A stretch of 64,000 nt of DNA. Origin: Planctomycetaceae bacterium (GTDB lineage Bacteria; Planctomycetota; PLA2). A program made the translations under genes and the position numbers. Shown here in pieces: positions 54,341 through 63,467 of this stretch. Position 1 is the stretch's first letter, and each line of letters begins with the position of its first letter. The notes under the pieces were generated by a model. It saw only the letters and a program-made list of their open reading frames with translations. It was not told the DNA's origin and searched no databases. The stretch is taken from positions 3,166 to 67,165 of the forward strand of contig JBQTIG010000035.1 of assembly GCA_052388375.1 (NCBI GenBank). Direction: 5' to 3'.

Positions 54341-55555
54341 ATGCAACCCCTCTCCCGTCGCAACTTCCTCGCCCGCGGCCTGGCCGGCGTGAGCCTCGCG
54401 GCCACGGCGCCGCACTTTCTCGGCCTCACCTCCCGCGTCTTCGCCGCGGACGGCCCCGCCCCCGGAGCGCGCATCCTGGTGGTGCTCCAGCTCTCGGGCG
54501 GCAACGACGGTCTCTCCACGGTGATCCCCTTCGCCGATCCCGCCTACCACAACGCGCGGCGCCTCACCGGCATCAAGGAGAACGAAGTCCTGGAAATCGA
54601 CGATGCAATCGGTCTCCACCCCTCCCTCACGAACCTGCGCGCCCTCTACGAAGAGGGTCGCTTCGCGATCGTCCAGGGGGTGAGCTACCCCAACCCGAAC
54701 CGGTCGCACTTCAAGTCGATGGATGTCTGGCACGCCGGCGACGAGCGCGGCCGCTCCCTGCCCACGGGCTGGCTGGGCCGCGCCGTGGACGCCTGCTGCC
54801 CCGGCGCCACCCACCCCGAGCTGGTGGTCAACGTGGGGGACGCGATCCCCTACGCGCTGGAGTCCGACCAGCACAAGCCGATCTCGTTCGATCGTCCGGA
54901 GAGCTATCGCTGGACGGGCAATCCCCAGGATGCCGAGAAGTTCGAGGAGTTGAACGGGGAGGGGTGCGGGGAGGGGGAGGAGATCTCCTGGCTCCACCGC
55001 GTCGCCGTGAACGCGCTCGCCAGCAGCAGCAGAGTGGTGGCCGCCGCGCGCGCCTACCGGCCTAGAGCGGAGTACCCCCGCGGAAAGCTGGCGGACGACC
55101 TGCGCGGCGTCGCCTCGCTGATCCGGGCGGGTCTCGGCACGCGCATCTTCTACGTGAGCTTCGGCGGATTCGACACTCACAACGCCCAGCGCAACCGGCA
55201 CGAGAACCTCATGCGCGAGCTCGACGGCGCGGTCGTCGCCTTCACCGCCGATCTGCGCGCCCAAGGACTCGGCAAGGAGGTGCTCCTCCTCTCCTTCAGC
55301 GAGTTCGGGCGGCGCGTGGCGGAGAACGCTTCGGCCGGAACCGACCACGGGGTCGCGGGACCGATGTTCCTTTTGGGCGACGGCGTGAAGGGCGGTCTCT
55401 ACGGCAAGCATCCGAGCCTCACCGATCTCGACCAAGGCGATCTCAAGATGGAGGTGGATTTCCGTTCCGTCTACGCCTCGGTGCTCGACGGTTGGATGGG
55501 GATGGAGAGCCGGAAGGTCCTGGGCCGAAGCTTCCCCAAGCTCGCCCTTCTGTAG
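54341..55555 (+). CDS. DUF1501-domain protein (Tat-exported)
   Basis: SRRNFL, LSGGNDG, NRSHF, GGFDTH, SEFGRR and GTDHG. Confidence 0.9.
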   Translation: MQPLSRRNFLARGLAGVSLAATAPHFLGLTSRVFAADGPAPGARILVVLQLSGGNDGLSTVIPFADPAYHNARRLTGIKENEVLEIDDAIGLHPSLTNLRALYEEGRFAIVQGVSYPNPNRSHFKSMDVWHAGDERGRSLPTGWLGRAVDACCPGATHPELVVNVGDAIPYALESDQHKPISFDRPESYRWTGNPQDAEKFEELNGEGCGEGEEISWLHRVAVNALASSSRVVAAARAYRPRAEYPRGKLADDLRGVASLIRAGLGTRIFYVSFGGFDTHNAQRNRHENLMRELDGAVVAFTADLRAQGLGKEVLLLSFSEFGRRVAENASAGTDHGVAGPMFLLGDGVKGGLYGKHPSLTDLDQGDLKMEVDFRSVYASVLDGWMGMESRKVLGRSFPKLALL

Positions 55556-55588
55556 GGGTCAGGAGGGCGCCCTCGCCCTGCTCGAGTT

Positions 55589-55690
55589 GCGGGAGGCGTT
55601 CCCCCGCGGGGGGGGGGCGCGCGGCAGAGGCACACGCCCCCCACCGCGCAGGGCGGCGTCGCCGTGCGCGCCCGCGGGAACGGCCTCCGC
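55589..55690. repeat. Long imperfect inverted repeat between convergent genes
   Basis: 55589-55625 pairs imperfectly with 55661-55690. Confidence 0.6.
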
Positions 55691-55809
55691 TGCGGCATCG
55701 ACCGTGCGGCGCTCCCTGCCGCAGCCGTGAGCGGCGCACCCCGGACTGCCGCACTCGCCAGCCGCCCGCCCTGCCGCTCGCCGGCTGCAGCGGCGCGTCG
55801 CGTGCAACC

Positions 55810-56259
55810 CTACTTCGCCGGCATTCGCTTGCCGGTCTCGAGGTAGGTCTTCAGGTTGGAGAGGAACCAGTCCCAGCCGCCGTCGGTCCCGGACCGGATT
55901 TTCGCGTTGCGCGGGCTCCATCCCGAGTGGACGAGCCGCACCTTGGTGGTCGCGCCGTTGGGGACGATCTCCCAGCGGCAGACCGTCGGCCGGCAGGCAT
56001 CCTCCGCGAAACGGAAGGTGTGCAGGAGGCGGCGCGGCGGGTTCACCTCCTTGATGTGCTCGTAGAAGAGACCCGGGTCCTCGCGCTCCGCCCAGGTGAA
56101 GTTGACCGATTCGCCCTTTCGGAACCGCCCCTCCACGGGACGCAGGTACCAGCGCTCCAGCTCCTTCAGGTCGGTGAGCGCCTTCCACACGTTCCGCGGC
56201 TTGGCGACGATGAAGATGGTCTTGTCGTGCGGGGGAGGGGCTTTGCTGCGAGCGGCCAT
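55810..56259 (-). CDS. SRPBCC/AHSA1-domain protein
   Basis: 'VWKALTD...W', 'PPRRL', 'TKVRLVH' and 'GWDWFLSNLKTYLETG'. Confidence 0.88.
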   Translation of the reverse strand: MAARSKAPPPHDKTIFIVAKPRNVWKALTDLKELERWYLRPVEGRFRKGESVNFTWAEREDPGLFYEHIKEVNPPRRLLHTFRFAEDACRPTVCRWEIVPNGATTKVRLVHSGWSPRNAKIRSGTDGGWDWFLSNLKTYLETGKRMPAK

Positions 56260-56316
56260 GGCCGATGTGTAACTCGGGGGCGGGGGAGAATCCAGGGATC
56301 GCGCTACAATTCCCCG

Positions 56317-57057
56317 GTGCGTCCGCTTCTCTACGGCGCCGCCACCGCGCTGGCCGCTCTCGCCATCCTCTTCCTGGCGCCGCGCGACGGCTCGCGCGAC
56401 AGCTCCAAGGATGAGGCAGAGCGCATGGAGGAGAGCGTGCGCGATCTCGATGCGGCTCTGGAGGTCCCGCCGACGGAGCCGGCCGGCGATCCCGCCCTTT
56501 ACGCCGCCCTGCTCTGGACGCAGACCGGGATCGAATCCCTCGAAGCCGCCATCGAGAAGTACCGGCGCACCTTCGGGCGGCTCCCCCCCCAGCGCCTGGC
56601 GGACGCCGCCAGCCTGCACCCGGAGCTGGCCGATCTCGCGTTCGAGGGGGACGCCGCGAACGAATGCATCGAAACCCTTCTCGTCGTGCTGCGGCTTACC
56701 GGCTGCCTTCCCCCGATCGACCAGGAGCTCGACGCCCGCATCGTGCGCCACAATTGCGACGGCGACCGGTTCCAGCGCGCCCCCGCCCCCGGTTCCGGCC
56801 TCGAGGCGGAGGAGTTCGTGGACGCCTGGGTGCGCCCCCTCGCCTATCTCTCGAGCGATCGCTATGCCGACGGTCCCGTCACGCTCCGGCTGCGCGACGG
56901 CGCGCGGGTGCAGGTCGCGCCGGTGCGCCGCGCAGGCGCCGGGTTCTACAACCCCGACTTCTACCAGCTGCTCTCGCTCGGCCCGAACGGGAAGCAGGAT
57001 CGCCTCGGCGCCGCGGAGTTCGATGACGTCAGCAATCTCGAGCTTCCGGGGGACTAG
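56317..57057 (+). CDS. Pseudopilin/GspG-like protein without a prepilin cleavage motif
   Basis: 'IESLEAAIEKY...G.LPP', 'VDAWVRPLAY' and 'YQLLSLGPNG...DD'. Confidence 0.55.
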   Translation: MRPLLYGAATALAALAILFLAPRDGSRDSSKDEAERMEESVRDLDAALEVPPTEPAGDPALYAALLWTQTGIESLEAAIEKYRRTFGRLPPQRLADAASLHPELADLAFEGDAANECIETLLVVLRLTGCLPPIDQELDARIVRHNCDGDRFQRAPAPGSGLEAEEFVDAWVRPLAYLSSDRYADGPVTLRLRDGARVQVAPVRRAGAGFYNPDFYQLLSLGPNGKQDRLGAAEFDDVSNLELPGD

Positions 57058-57171
57058 CGTCCCGTCTCCGACGTTCGCCGCCGGGGCTACCCGCTCGCCG
57101 CCGCCTCCCAGCCCGCTCGACATCGACATCCGTGTCGATTGCTCATGGACACGAATCCCTGACGCAAGACG

Positions 57172-59298
57172 CTAGAAGTCGCCGCTCACGCCGAGAACGA
57201 AGTTGATCCCGGGCATCGTCGTGCCGGAGCCGTGGACGCGGTAGGCCTTGTCCAGCAGGTTCTCGACGGCCACGGTGACCGACACATGCTCGCCGATGCG
57301 GCAGCCGCCACGCAGGTGCACGACGCCGTAGCCCGGCGTGCCTCCCGGCGGGATGCGTTGCGTGTCGCGCTTGTCGCCGGAGGAGAGGCGATCGGCCTTG
57401 TCGGCGAAGACCAGAACGCTCTCGGCCCAGAAACGGCCGTCGGTCCCTTCCCAGCGCAGGCCCAGGCGCCCGCTGGGCGGCAGAAGGCGCGACACCGGTT
57501 CGTCCATCTCCACGCGCGCCGCCGAGGTGAACGTGCTCACCCGGCCGCGCTGGAACTGGAGGATGGCGAAGACCGTCCAGGCGGGACGGACGCGCCATCC
57601 GCCGCTCCATTCGACGCCCCAGATGGAGCCGTCCCCCACGTTCGCCTTGCTCACCTCCACGAGGCCCGCCGCGTCGGTGACGCCGGTCGGGAAGGGGAGG
57701 ATCTGATCGCGGATGAGCGTGGCGAAGAGCGCGAGTTCCATCCAACCGCGCTTGCTCGACGCCTTCACGCCCAGCTCGAAGCCGGTGTAGTGCTCGGGGT
57801 CGAGACCGGGGGCGGGGATTTCGACCTCGTTGCTGCGCGCGGTGTCGAATCGGGTCAAATCGCTGAGGTTGGGCGCACGAAAGCCCTGGGATACGCCGCC
57901 GAAGATGTGCCAGCGGCCCGGCGCGATCTTGTAGAGGACGCGGATGCTGCCCGCGACCGCGGCCCAGCTCTCGCTCACCGCGATCGCGCCTCCCGTGAGC
58001 GGATCGCGCACCTTGCCGGCGTCGGCAGCCGCGAAGGTGAGGCGCACCCCCGGCGTGACCGTGAGCCGGTCCGTGAGGACGATCACGTCCTGCAGGTAGA
58101 TCCCGAAGAGGTCGTAGGAGGCGTCGTCCCCCACCGGCCCCTGGATGGCGTTCGCGGTGGAGAAGCTGTCGACGTCGTCATGATAGAAATCGAGGCCATA
58201 GGTGAGGCGGCCGATGGCGGTCTCGCTCTCGAGCTGGACGAAGAAGCCGAGGGTGCCCACGTCGACCCCCTCGACGTCGCGCCGATTGGCGCCTCCGGGG
58301 CTCGAGGGCGGCCTCACGCGGTCGCGCACCTCCTCCTGGCTCTGCCAGCTGAGACTGACCCGCACCGCGTCGATGGCGCCGCCGATCGCCTCCTTCATGT
58401 ACTGCACGTAGGCGAGCCAGCGCTCCTGATCGAAGTCGTGGCGCAGGTCGCTGCCGGGGACCGTGCCGTGGAACGGCACCGCGGTGACGAGGCGATGGGT
58501 GCGCGGCGCGTTGTTCTGCCGCACGTGCTGGAACGCCGCGACGACACGGGATCCGTCCGCAGCGCGGCGCTCGATCTTGATGTCGCCGTCCACCTCATCG
58601 TACCCGGTGTCGCCCTGCCGGCCCACGTCGCCTCCCGCCTCGACATCCCCGAAGTGCCGCACGGTGACGCCGCCGAACGCGCCCCAGGTGGTGCCGCTCG
58701 TCGCCCCCCCCTCGATCCGCGTTTGGTGGGAGTTCTCGGCGGAGGAGACGCGGTAGAAGGCGTGCCCTTCCCCGCGCCAGCCCTCGCCCCAGGTGGTCGG
58801 TCCCTTGGTGAAGGCCTGGACGGCGCCGCCCACGGCATCGGACCCGTAGAGCACCGACGCTGGGCCCTTGACCAGCTCGAGTCGCGCGACGCTGAAGAGA
58901 TCGACGGTGGAGAAGTACTGGTTCGGGCCGGCGCGGAAGGTCGAGTTGTTGAGCCGGATACCGTCGACGAGGAAGAGCGTCAGGTAGCCCGTGAACCCGC
59001 GCAGGAACGGGGAACCTTGCGCCGGCGAGGTCTCCTGCACGAGCACGCCCGGCATCGCCGCGAGCGCCTGCGGAGCCGACCGCACGAGCCCCTGACGCAG
59101 CGACTTCGCGGAGGCGGTCTCGACGCTGTAGGGCGTATCGAGGGCGCGGCCGGGACCGCGCAGGGCCGTCACATGAACGGCGTCGAGGTAGCTCTCGACC
59201 GCCTGATCGAGGGGCGTCGGCGGAGGTTTGGGTTCCTCCGCGAACGCGGGCAGCGCGAAGGGCAGCAGACACAGGAGGGAGAGGGGGCGCGGGGGCAT
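57172..59298 (-). CDS. TonB-dependent receptor
   Basis: Plug 'PFLRG...LVDGIRLNN' and 'KGPASVLYGSDAVGG', 'GFRAPNL', 'ENLLDKAY', C-terminal Phe. Confidence 0.92.
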   Translation of the reverse strand: MPPRPLSLLCLLPFALPAFAEEPKPPPTPLDQAVESYLDAVHVTALRGPGRALDTPYSVETASAKSLRQGLVRSAPQALAAMPGVLVQETSPAQGSPFLRGFTGYLTLFLVDGIRLNNSTFRAGPNQYFSTVDLFSVARLELVKGPASVLYGSDAVGGAVQAFTKGPTTWGEGWRGEGHAFYRVSSAENSHQTRIEGGATSGTTWGAFGGVTVRHFGDVEAGGDVGRQGDTGYDEVDGDIKIERRAADGSRVVAAFQHVRQNNAPRTHRLVTAVPFHGTVPGSDLRHDFDQERWLAYVQYMKEAIGGAIDAVRVSLSWQSQEEVRDRVRPPSSPGGANRRDVEGVDVGTLGFFVQLESETAIGRLTYGLDFYHDDVDSFSTANAIQGPVGDDASYDLFGIYLQDVIVLTDRLTVTPGVRLTFAAADAGKVRDPLTGGAIAVSESWAAVAGSIRVLYKIAPGRWHIFGGVSQGFRAPNLSDLTRFDTARSNEVEIPAPGLDPEHYTGFELGVKASSKRGWMELALFATLIRDQILPFPTGVTDAAGLVEVSKANVGDGSIWGVEWSGGWRVRPAWTVFAILQFQRGRVSTFTSAARVEMDEPVSRLLPPSGRLGLRWEGTDGRFWAESVLVFADKADRLSSGDKRDTQRIPPGGTPGYGVVHLRGGCRIGEHVSVTVAVENLLDKAYRVHGSGTTMPGINFVLGVSGDF

Positions 59299-59421
59299 CG
59301 GCCTCCGCCCGGCAAACCAGGGACCAGCGGCGAGTGGGCGGCTACGACGCGCCTCCCCTCGAGTGCCTGTACACGCGCCCTACAGTCCCATGGCGATCGG
59401 ACCTCCCGCGAAGTCCTCTAC

Positions 59422-59505
59422 TGCCGGAGGTGGGAGTTGAACCCACATGCCCTTGCGGGCGCGGGATTTTGAGTCCCGTGCGTCTGCCAGTTCCGCCACT
59501 CCGGC
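59422..59505 (-). tRNA. tRNA-Leu(CAA), CCA not encoded
   Basis: Acceptor GCCGGAG/CTCCGGC, anticodon arm CGGGA-CTCAAAA-TCCCG, long variable arm. Confidence 0.95.
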
Positions 59506-59586
59506 GTGGGGCGGCCATCTTACCCGGCGGCCCGGCTGGGGCCACGCGCCGCTTGCGCCCTTGGCCCCCCTCCTGACAATGAAGGC

Positions 59587-59841
59587 GTGGCCCGCTATCC
59601 CGACTACGCCGCCCTTCCCGAGCACATCCGGGCGATGTTGCGCGCGGTCACGTCCGACGACGCGGCCGCGGAGCGGTACGCGGAGGCGCCCAACCGCAAC
59701 TTGAAAGGGCGGTCGGTGCTGGCCATGGCCAACATGCCGTTCGGGCAGAAGATCGTGGAGCGGTTCCTCCTCGACCTGGGGCTCTATCTCGGCGTGGACG
59801 GGATGGAACGGTTCCAGGAGTCCTTCGGCCGCACGAAGTGA
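59587..59841 (+). CDS. Small protein resembling the Xre/MbcA/ParS toxin-binding domain
   Basis: 'AERYAEAPNRNLKGRSVL......G.KIVERFL'. GTG 6 nt after GACAAT. Confidence 0.5.
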   Translation: MARYPDYAALPEHIRAMLRAVTSDDAAAERYAEAPNRNLKGRSVLAMANMPFGQKIVERFLLDLGLYLGVDGMERFQESFGRTK

Positions 59842-59878
59842 CGGGCCGAGGCCGGCCGTGGTCTACCATGGCCCCCCC

Positions 59879-62431
59879 ATGCGCCGCCTCCTCCTCGCGC
59901 TCCTCCTCCTTCCCGTCGCCGCGCGGCCCGAAGAGCTCAAGTTCGCCGCCGACCGCCCGGTGGACATACTGCATCTCCGCCTCGAGGCGAAGGTCGATCT
60001 GCCCGCCAAGACCCTCCAGGGGCGGGCCACCATCGACCTCGCGGCGCTCCGGCCGGTCACGACGATCCGGTTCGACGCCATCGCCTTCGACGTGGCCCAG
60101 GTGGAACTCCTGCGCGGCGACCCGCTGCAGCCGCAACCTACCCGCTGGCGGTACGACGGCGAGCAGATCGAGCTCGCCCTCCCGCAGCCCCTCGCCGTGA
60201 ACGAACGCGCGCAGGTGCGGGTCTCCTACACCGTGCGCGAACCCGAGGGCGGACTCCATTTCTTCGGTCCCACCCCGGCGGAACCGGAGGTGCCCTACCA
60301 GGTCTGGTCCCAGGGCGAAGCCGTGGACAACCGCCGCTGGATCCCCTGTTTCGACCACCCCAACGAGCGGCAGACCACCGAGCTGCTGGTGACGGTGCCC
60401 ACGGAGTTCCAGGTGCTCTCGAACGGGCGGCGGGTGGGACGTACGGAAAACGCCGACGGCAGCGCCACCGTCCACTGGCGCCAGGACAAGGACCATGTCC
60501 TCTACCTGGTCAGCCTCGTCGTCGGCAAGTTCGCGGTGGTGGAGGAGAGCTGGCGCGGCCGCCCGGTTAGCTTCTGGGTCCCGGAGAAGCGCCGGGCCGA
60601 CATCGGGCGCTCGTTCGGCAACACCCGCCGCATGCTCGAGTTCTTCTCCAACCGCATCGGCGTCGAGTACCCCTGGGACTCCTACGCCCAGGTCGTCGTC
60701 GAGCAGTTCACCCACGGCGGCATGGAGAACACCGCGGCCACGACCCTCAGCGAGCGGACGCTGCACGACGAGCGCGCGCACCTCGACTACAGCTCGGACG
60801 GGCTGGTCGCCCACGAACTCGCGCACCAGTGGTTCGGCGATCTCCTCACCTGCCGCGAGTGGGCCCACACCTGGCTGAACGAGGGGTTCGCCACCTACTT
60901 CGAGGCGATCTGGGAGGAGCACGACCAGGGAGCCGACGCCTTCGCCACCAACATGCTCGGAAAAGCGCGCGCGGCCATCGACGGCGGGCGCGAGCTCCCC
61001 ATCGTGCACCGCGCCTACACCGGCCCCTGGCAGCAGTTCGACGCCCGCTCCTACCCCAAGGGCGCCTGGGTGCTGCACATGATCCGCCTCCAACTCGGCG
61101 ACGAACTCTGGTGGGAGTCCATCCGGCGCTACGTCGAGACGCACAAGTTCCGCTGCGTCGAGACTTCCGATCTGCGCAAGTCCCTCGAGGAGACCACCGG
61201 CCGCTCCTTCGAGCGCTTCTTCTTCGACTGGACCGAGCGGCCGGGGCACCCCATCCTGACGGTGACCACCGAATGGAACAACGACAAGAAGCTGGCGGAG
61301 ATCGCCGCGGTCCAGACGCAGAAGAGCGAGGCGTTCCATTTCCCGCTCCGCATCGAGTTCCAGTTCGGGGGCGCCGAGCCGCGCGAGATCGTGGTCGACG
61401 TGACCCGCAAGGAGGAGCGCTTCGTGGTGCCCCTGCCCGAGCCCCCGGTCATGGTCCGCATCGACCCGGAGTTCAGCCTGCTGCTGGAGCTCACCGAACA
61501 GAAAGGCCGCGATCTGCGCATCGCCCAGCTGCGCGCCGACCCCGACCCCATCGCGCGCATCCGCGCCGCGCATCACTTCGGCACCACGCGCAACGATCAG
61601 GACCGCCGCGACCTCGCCGCCGCGCTCGAGAGCGAGCGCGTCTGGGGCGTGCAGATCGAGCTCGCCAAGGCGCTGGGCGCCAGCGGCGGCGACCTCTCCC
61701 GGGACTCGCTCCTGAAATCCCTCACGATCGAGCACCCCAAGGCGCGCCGCGCGGTCGTGGAAGCCCTCGGCAACTTCCGCGACGACGCCGCCGTCGAGGC
61801 GGCGCTGCGCAACGTCGTCGCGAAGGGCGATGCGAGCGTTTACGTGGAGAGCGCCGCGGTGGCCGCCTGGTCCGGCCTCCGTCCCCAAGGCGCCCTCGAC
61901 CTGCTCGCCCAGGTTCTCCGGCGCGACAGCCACAACGAGGTCCTGCGCGAAGCGGCTTTGCGCGGCATCGGCGACCAGCTCGACCCCACGAGCCGCGATC
62001 TCCTTCTCGAGTGGACCCGCCGCGGCAAGCCTCGCGCCTGCCGCGTCGGCGCGCTGGCCGCGCTCTCCCGCGTCGCGCGCACCGGGGAGATGGAGGACGC
62101 CGCCCTGCGCGGCGTCGTGGAGGCGCTCGTCGCCTGCCTCGACCGGACCGAGCACCGCGCGGTGAAGGCCGAAGCGGCCCAGACCTTGCGCGATCTCGGC
62201 CAGCTCTCCAGCCCCGCGCTCCCCGCCCTCGAAGCGCTCAGCATCCACGATCCCGCGCCCCGCGTGCGCGAACAGGCGAAGGCGGCCATCGACAAGATCC
62301 GGGCGGGCGCCCCCGCCCCCCTGGAGCTGGATCGCCTGCGCAAGGAGTTGACGACGATGCAGGAGGCCCATCGCGCGATGGAAGCGCGGCTTCGCAAGCT
62401 GGAGGCGCTGGAGGCTTTTACACCGAAGTGA
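59879..62431 (+). CDS. M1-family aminopeptidase with HEAT repeats, C-terminal coiled coil and signal peptide
   Basis: GGMEN, HELAHQWFG...WLNEGFA and YPKG. Confidence 0.93.
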   Translation: MRRLLLALLLLPVAARPEELKFAADRPVDILHLRLEAKVDLPAKTLQGRATIDLAALRPVTTIRFDAIAFDVAQVELLRGDPLQPQPTRWRYDGEQIELALPQPLAVNERAQVRVSYTVREPEGGLHFFGPTPAEPEVPYQVWSQGEAVDNRRWIPCFDHPNERQTTELLVTVPTEFQVLSNGRRVGRTENADGSATVHWRQDKDHVLYLVSLVVGKFAVVEESWRGRPVSFWVPEKRRADIGRSFGNTRRMLEFFSNRIGVEYPWDSYAQVVVEQFTHGGMENTAATTLSERTLHDERAHLDYSSDGLVAHELAHQWFGDLLTCREWAHTWLNEGFATYFEAIWEEHDQGADAFATNMLGKARAAIDGGRELPIVHRAYTGPWQQFDARSYPKGAWVLHMIRLQLGDELWWESIRRYVETHKFRCVETSDLRKSLEETTGRSFERFFFDWTERPGHPILTVTTEWNNDKKLAEIAAVQTQKSEAFHFPLRIEFQFGGAEPREIVVDVTRKEERFVVPLPEPPVMVRIDPEFSLLLELTEQKGRDLRIAQLRADPDPIARIRAAHHFGTTRNDQDRRDLAAALESERVWGVQIELAKALGASGGDLSRDSLLKSLTIEHPKARRAVVEALGNFRDDAAVEAALRNVVAKGDASVYVESAAVAAWSGLRPQGALDLLAQVLRRDSHNEVLREAALRGIGDQLDPTSRDLLLEWTRRGKPRACRVGALAALSRVARTGEMEDAALRGVVEALVACLDRTEHRAVKAEAAQTLRDLGQLSSPALPALEALSIHDPAPRVREQAKAAIDKIRAGAPAPLELDRLRKELTTMQEAHRAMEARLRKLEALEAFTPK

Positions 62432-62609
62432 CGCCGGGGAGGGGGGCGGGGGCGTGCGCGCCACCGCCTACGGCTTCTGCGTGCTGCCGCGCTCCGAGAA
62501 GGTGCTCGTCGTCGAGGAGGATGTGCAGGGTATCATCGGCGCGTCCCCCAAGTGGAAGGAACGCGCGCGGTTCGTGGCGGTCAGCGGCTGACGCAGGAGG
62601 AAAAACACC

Positions 62610-63449
62610 ATGAGAGGTCTCTCCCTGCTTCTCGCGATGGCTCTCGCCGCCCGCGCGGGCGACGAGATCAACGCTGCATGGCTCGCGTCGGATTTAGCGG
62701 TCGCGAAGCGCGTCGCCGCCCTGCTCCCGCCTGGCGAGCGAACGACGGCGGCCTTCCGCGATGCCCTCGAGCCGTTCGATGTGCGCGAGGATCGCGACAT
62801 CGGATTCGGCGCCCGGCGCGCGCATCTCGCGCTCTACGGCGGGTACACCACGACCTGGATCACCTTCGTCTCGCACGGCGACACGATCGGGCCGGTCCGG
62901 GTAGACGTGACGGGCGGACCCCCCGAGGTGCGCACGCGGATCGCCGCGGCGTGGGGAAAACTGGCGCCCAAGGAGGTGCCGCAGGGGTTTGTCTACGAGT
63001 GCGGCGAACCCGCCGGGCCGGTGGCATTCTCCGAGGCCCGCGCCAAGGCCCTGGGGGGACCCCTCAAGATGGAGCCCCACCCCGACCTCGTGAAGGACTA
63101 CGCGTTGCTCTGGTCCCCCGTCTCGCTGCTCCTCTACGGCACCATGTGCGGGGATGGCGGCGATCCGCCTCCGGGACGCGAGGCGCTGGAGCGCATCCTG
63201 GCCCACCCGCGCAAGCTGCCGGTCCTGCTGGATCTGCTGCGCGGACCGAACCCCGAGGGGAGGGTCTACGCCCTGGAGGGGCTGGAGCGGCTCCGCAAGG
63301 GGGGCGTGGAAATCGATGCCGCGCGGGAGGCGACGATCAAGGCGGTGCGAGAGCTCGCCGTGCGGATCCAGTGCTGCGCCGGCTGCATCCTTTACGACGA
63401 GCAGGCGGAGAAGGCGCTGGCGGACCGGATGGAGGAGCTTCCGGGCTGA
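62610..63449 (+). CDS. Secreted hypothetical protein
   Basis: AGGAGG SD, signal peptide, and Cys motifs 'GTMCG' and 'CCAGC'. Confidence 0.65.
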   Translation: MRGLSLLLAMALAARAGDEINAAWLASDLAVAKRVAALLPPGERTTAAFRDALEPFDVREDRDIGFGARRAHLALYGGYTTTWITFVSHGDTIGPVRVDVTGGPPEVRTRIAAAWGKLAPKEVPQGFVYECGEPAGPVAFSEARAKALGGPLKMEPHPDLVKDYALLWSPVSLLLYGTMCGDGGDPPPGREALERILAHPRKLPVLLDLLRGPNPEGRVYALEGLERLRKGGVEIDAAREATIKAVRELAVRIQCCAGCILYDEQAEKALADRMEELPG

Positions 63450-63467
63450 GCCCCTCTCCCCGCCCCC

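Noticed and set aside
59648-62464. 938-aa minus-strand ORF
   Set aside because: Antisense shadow of the M1 aminopeptidase.
62432-62609. Short coding-like stretch (VRATAYGFCVLPRSEKVLVVEEDV...)
   Set aside because: No clear start and too short to assign; at most a gene remnant.
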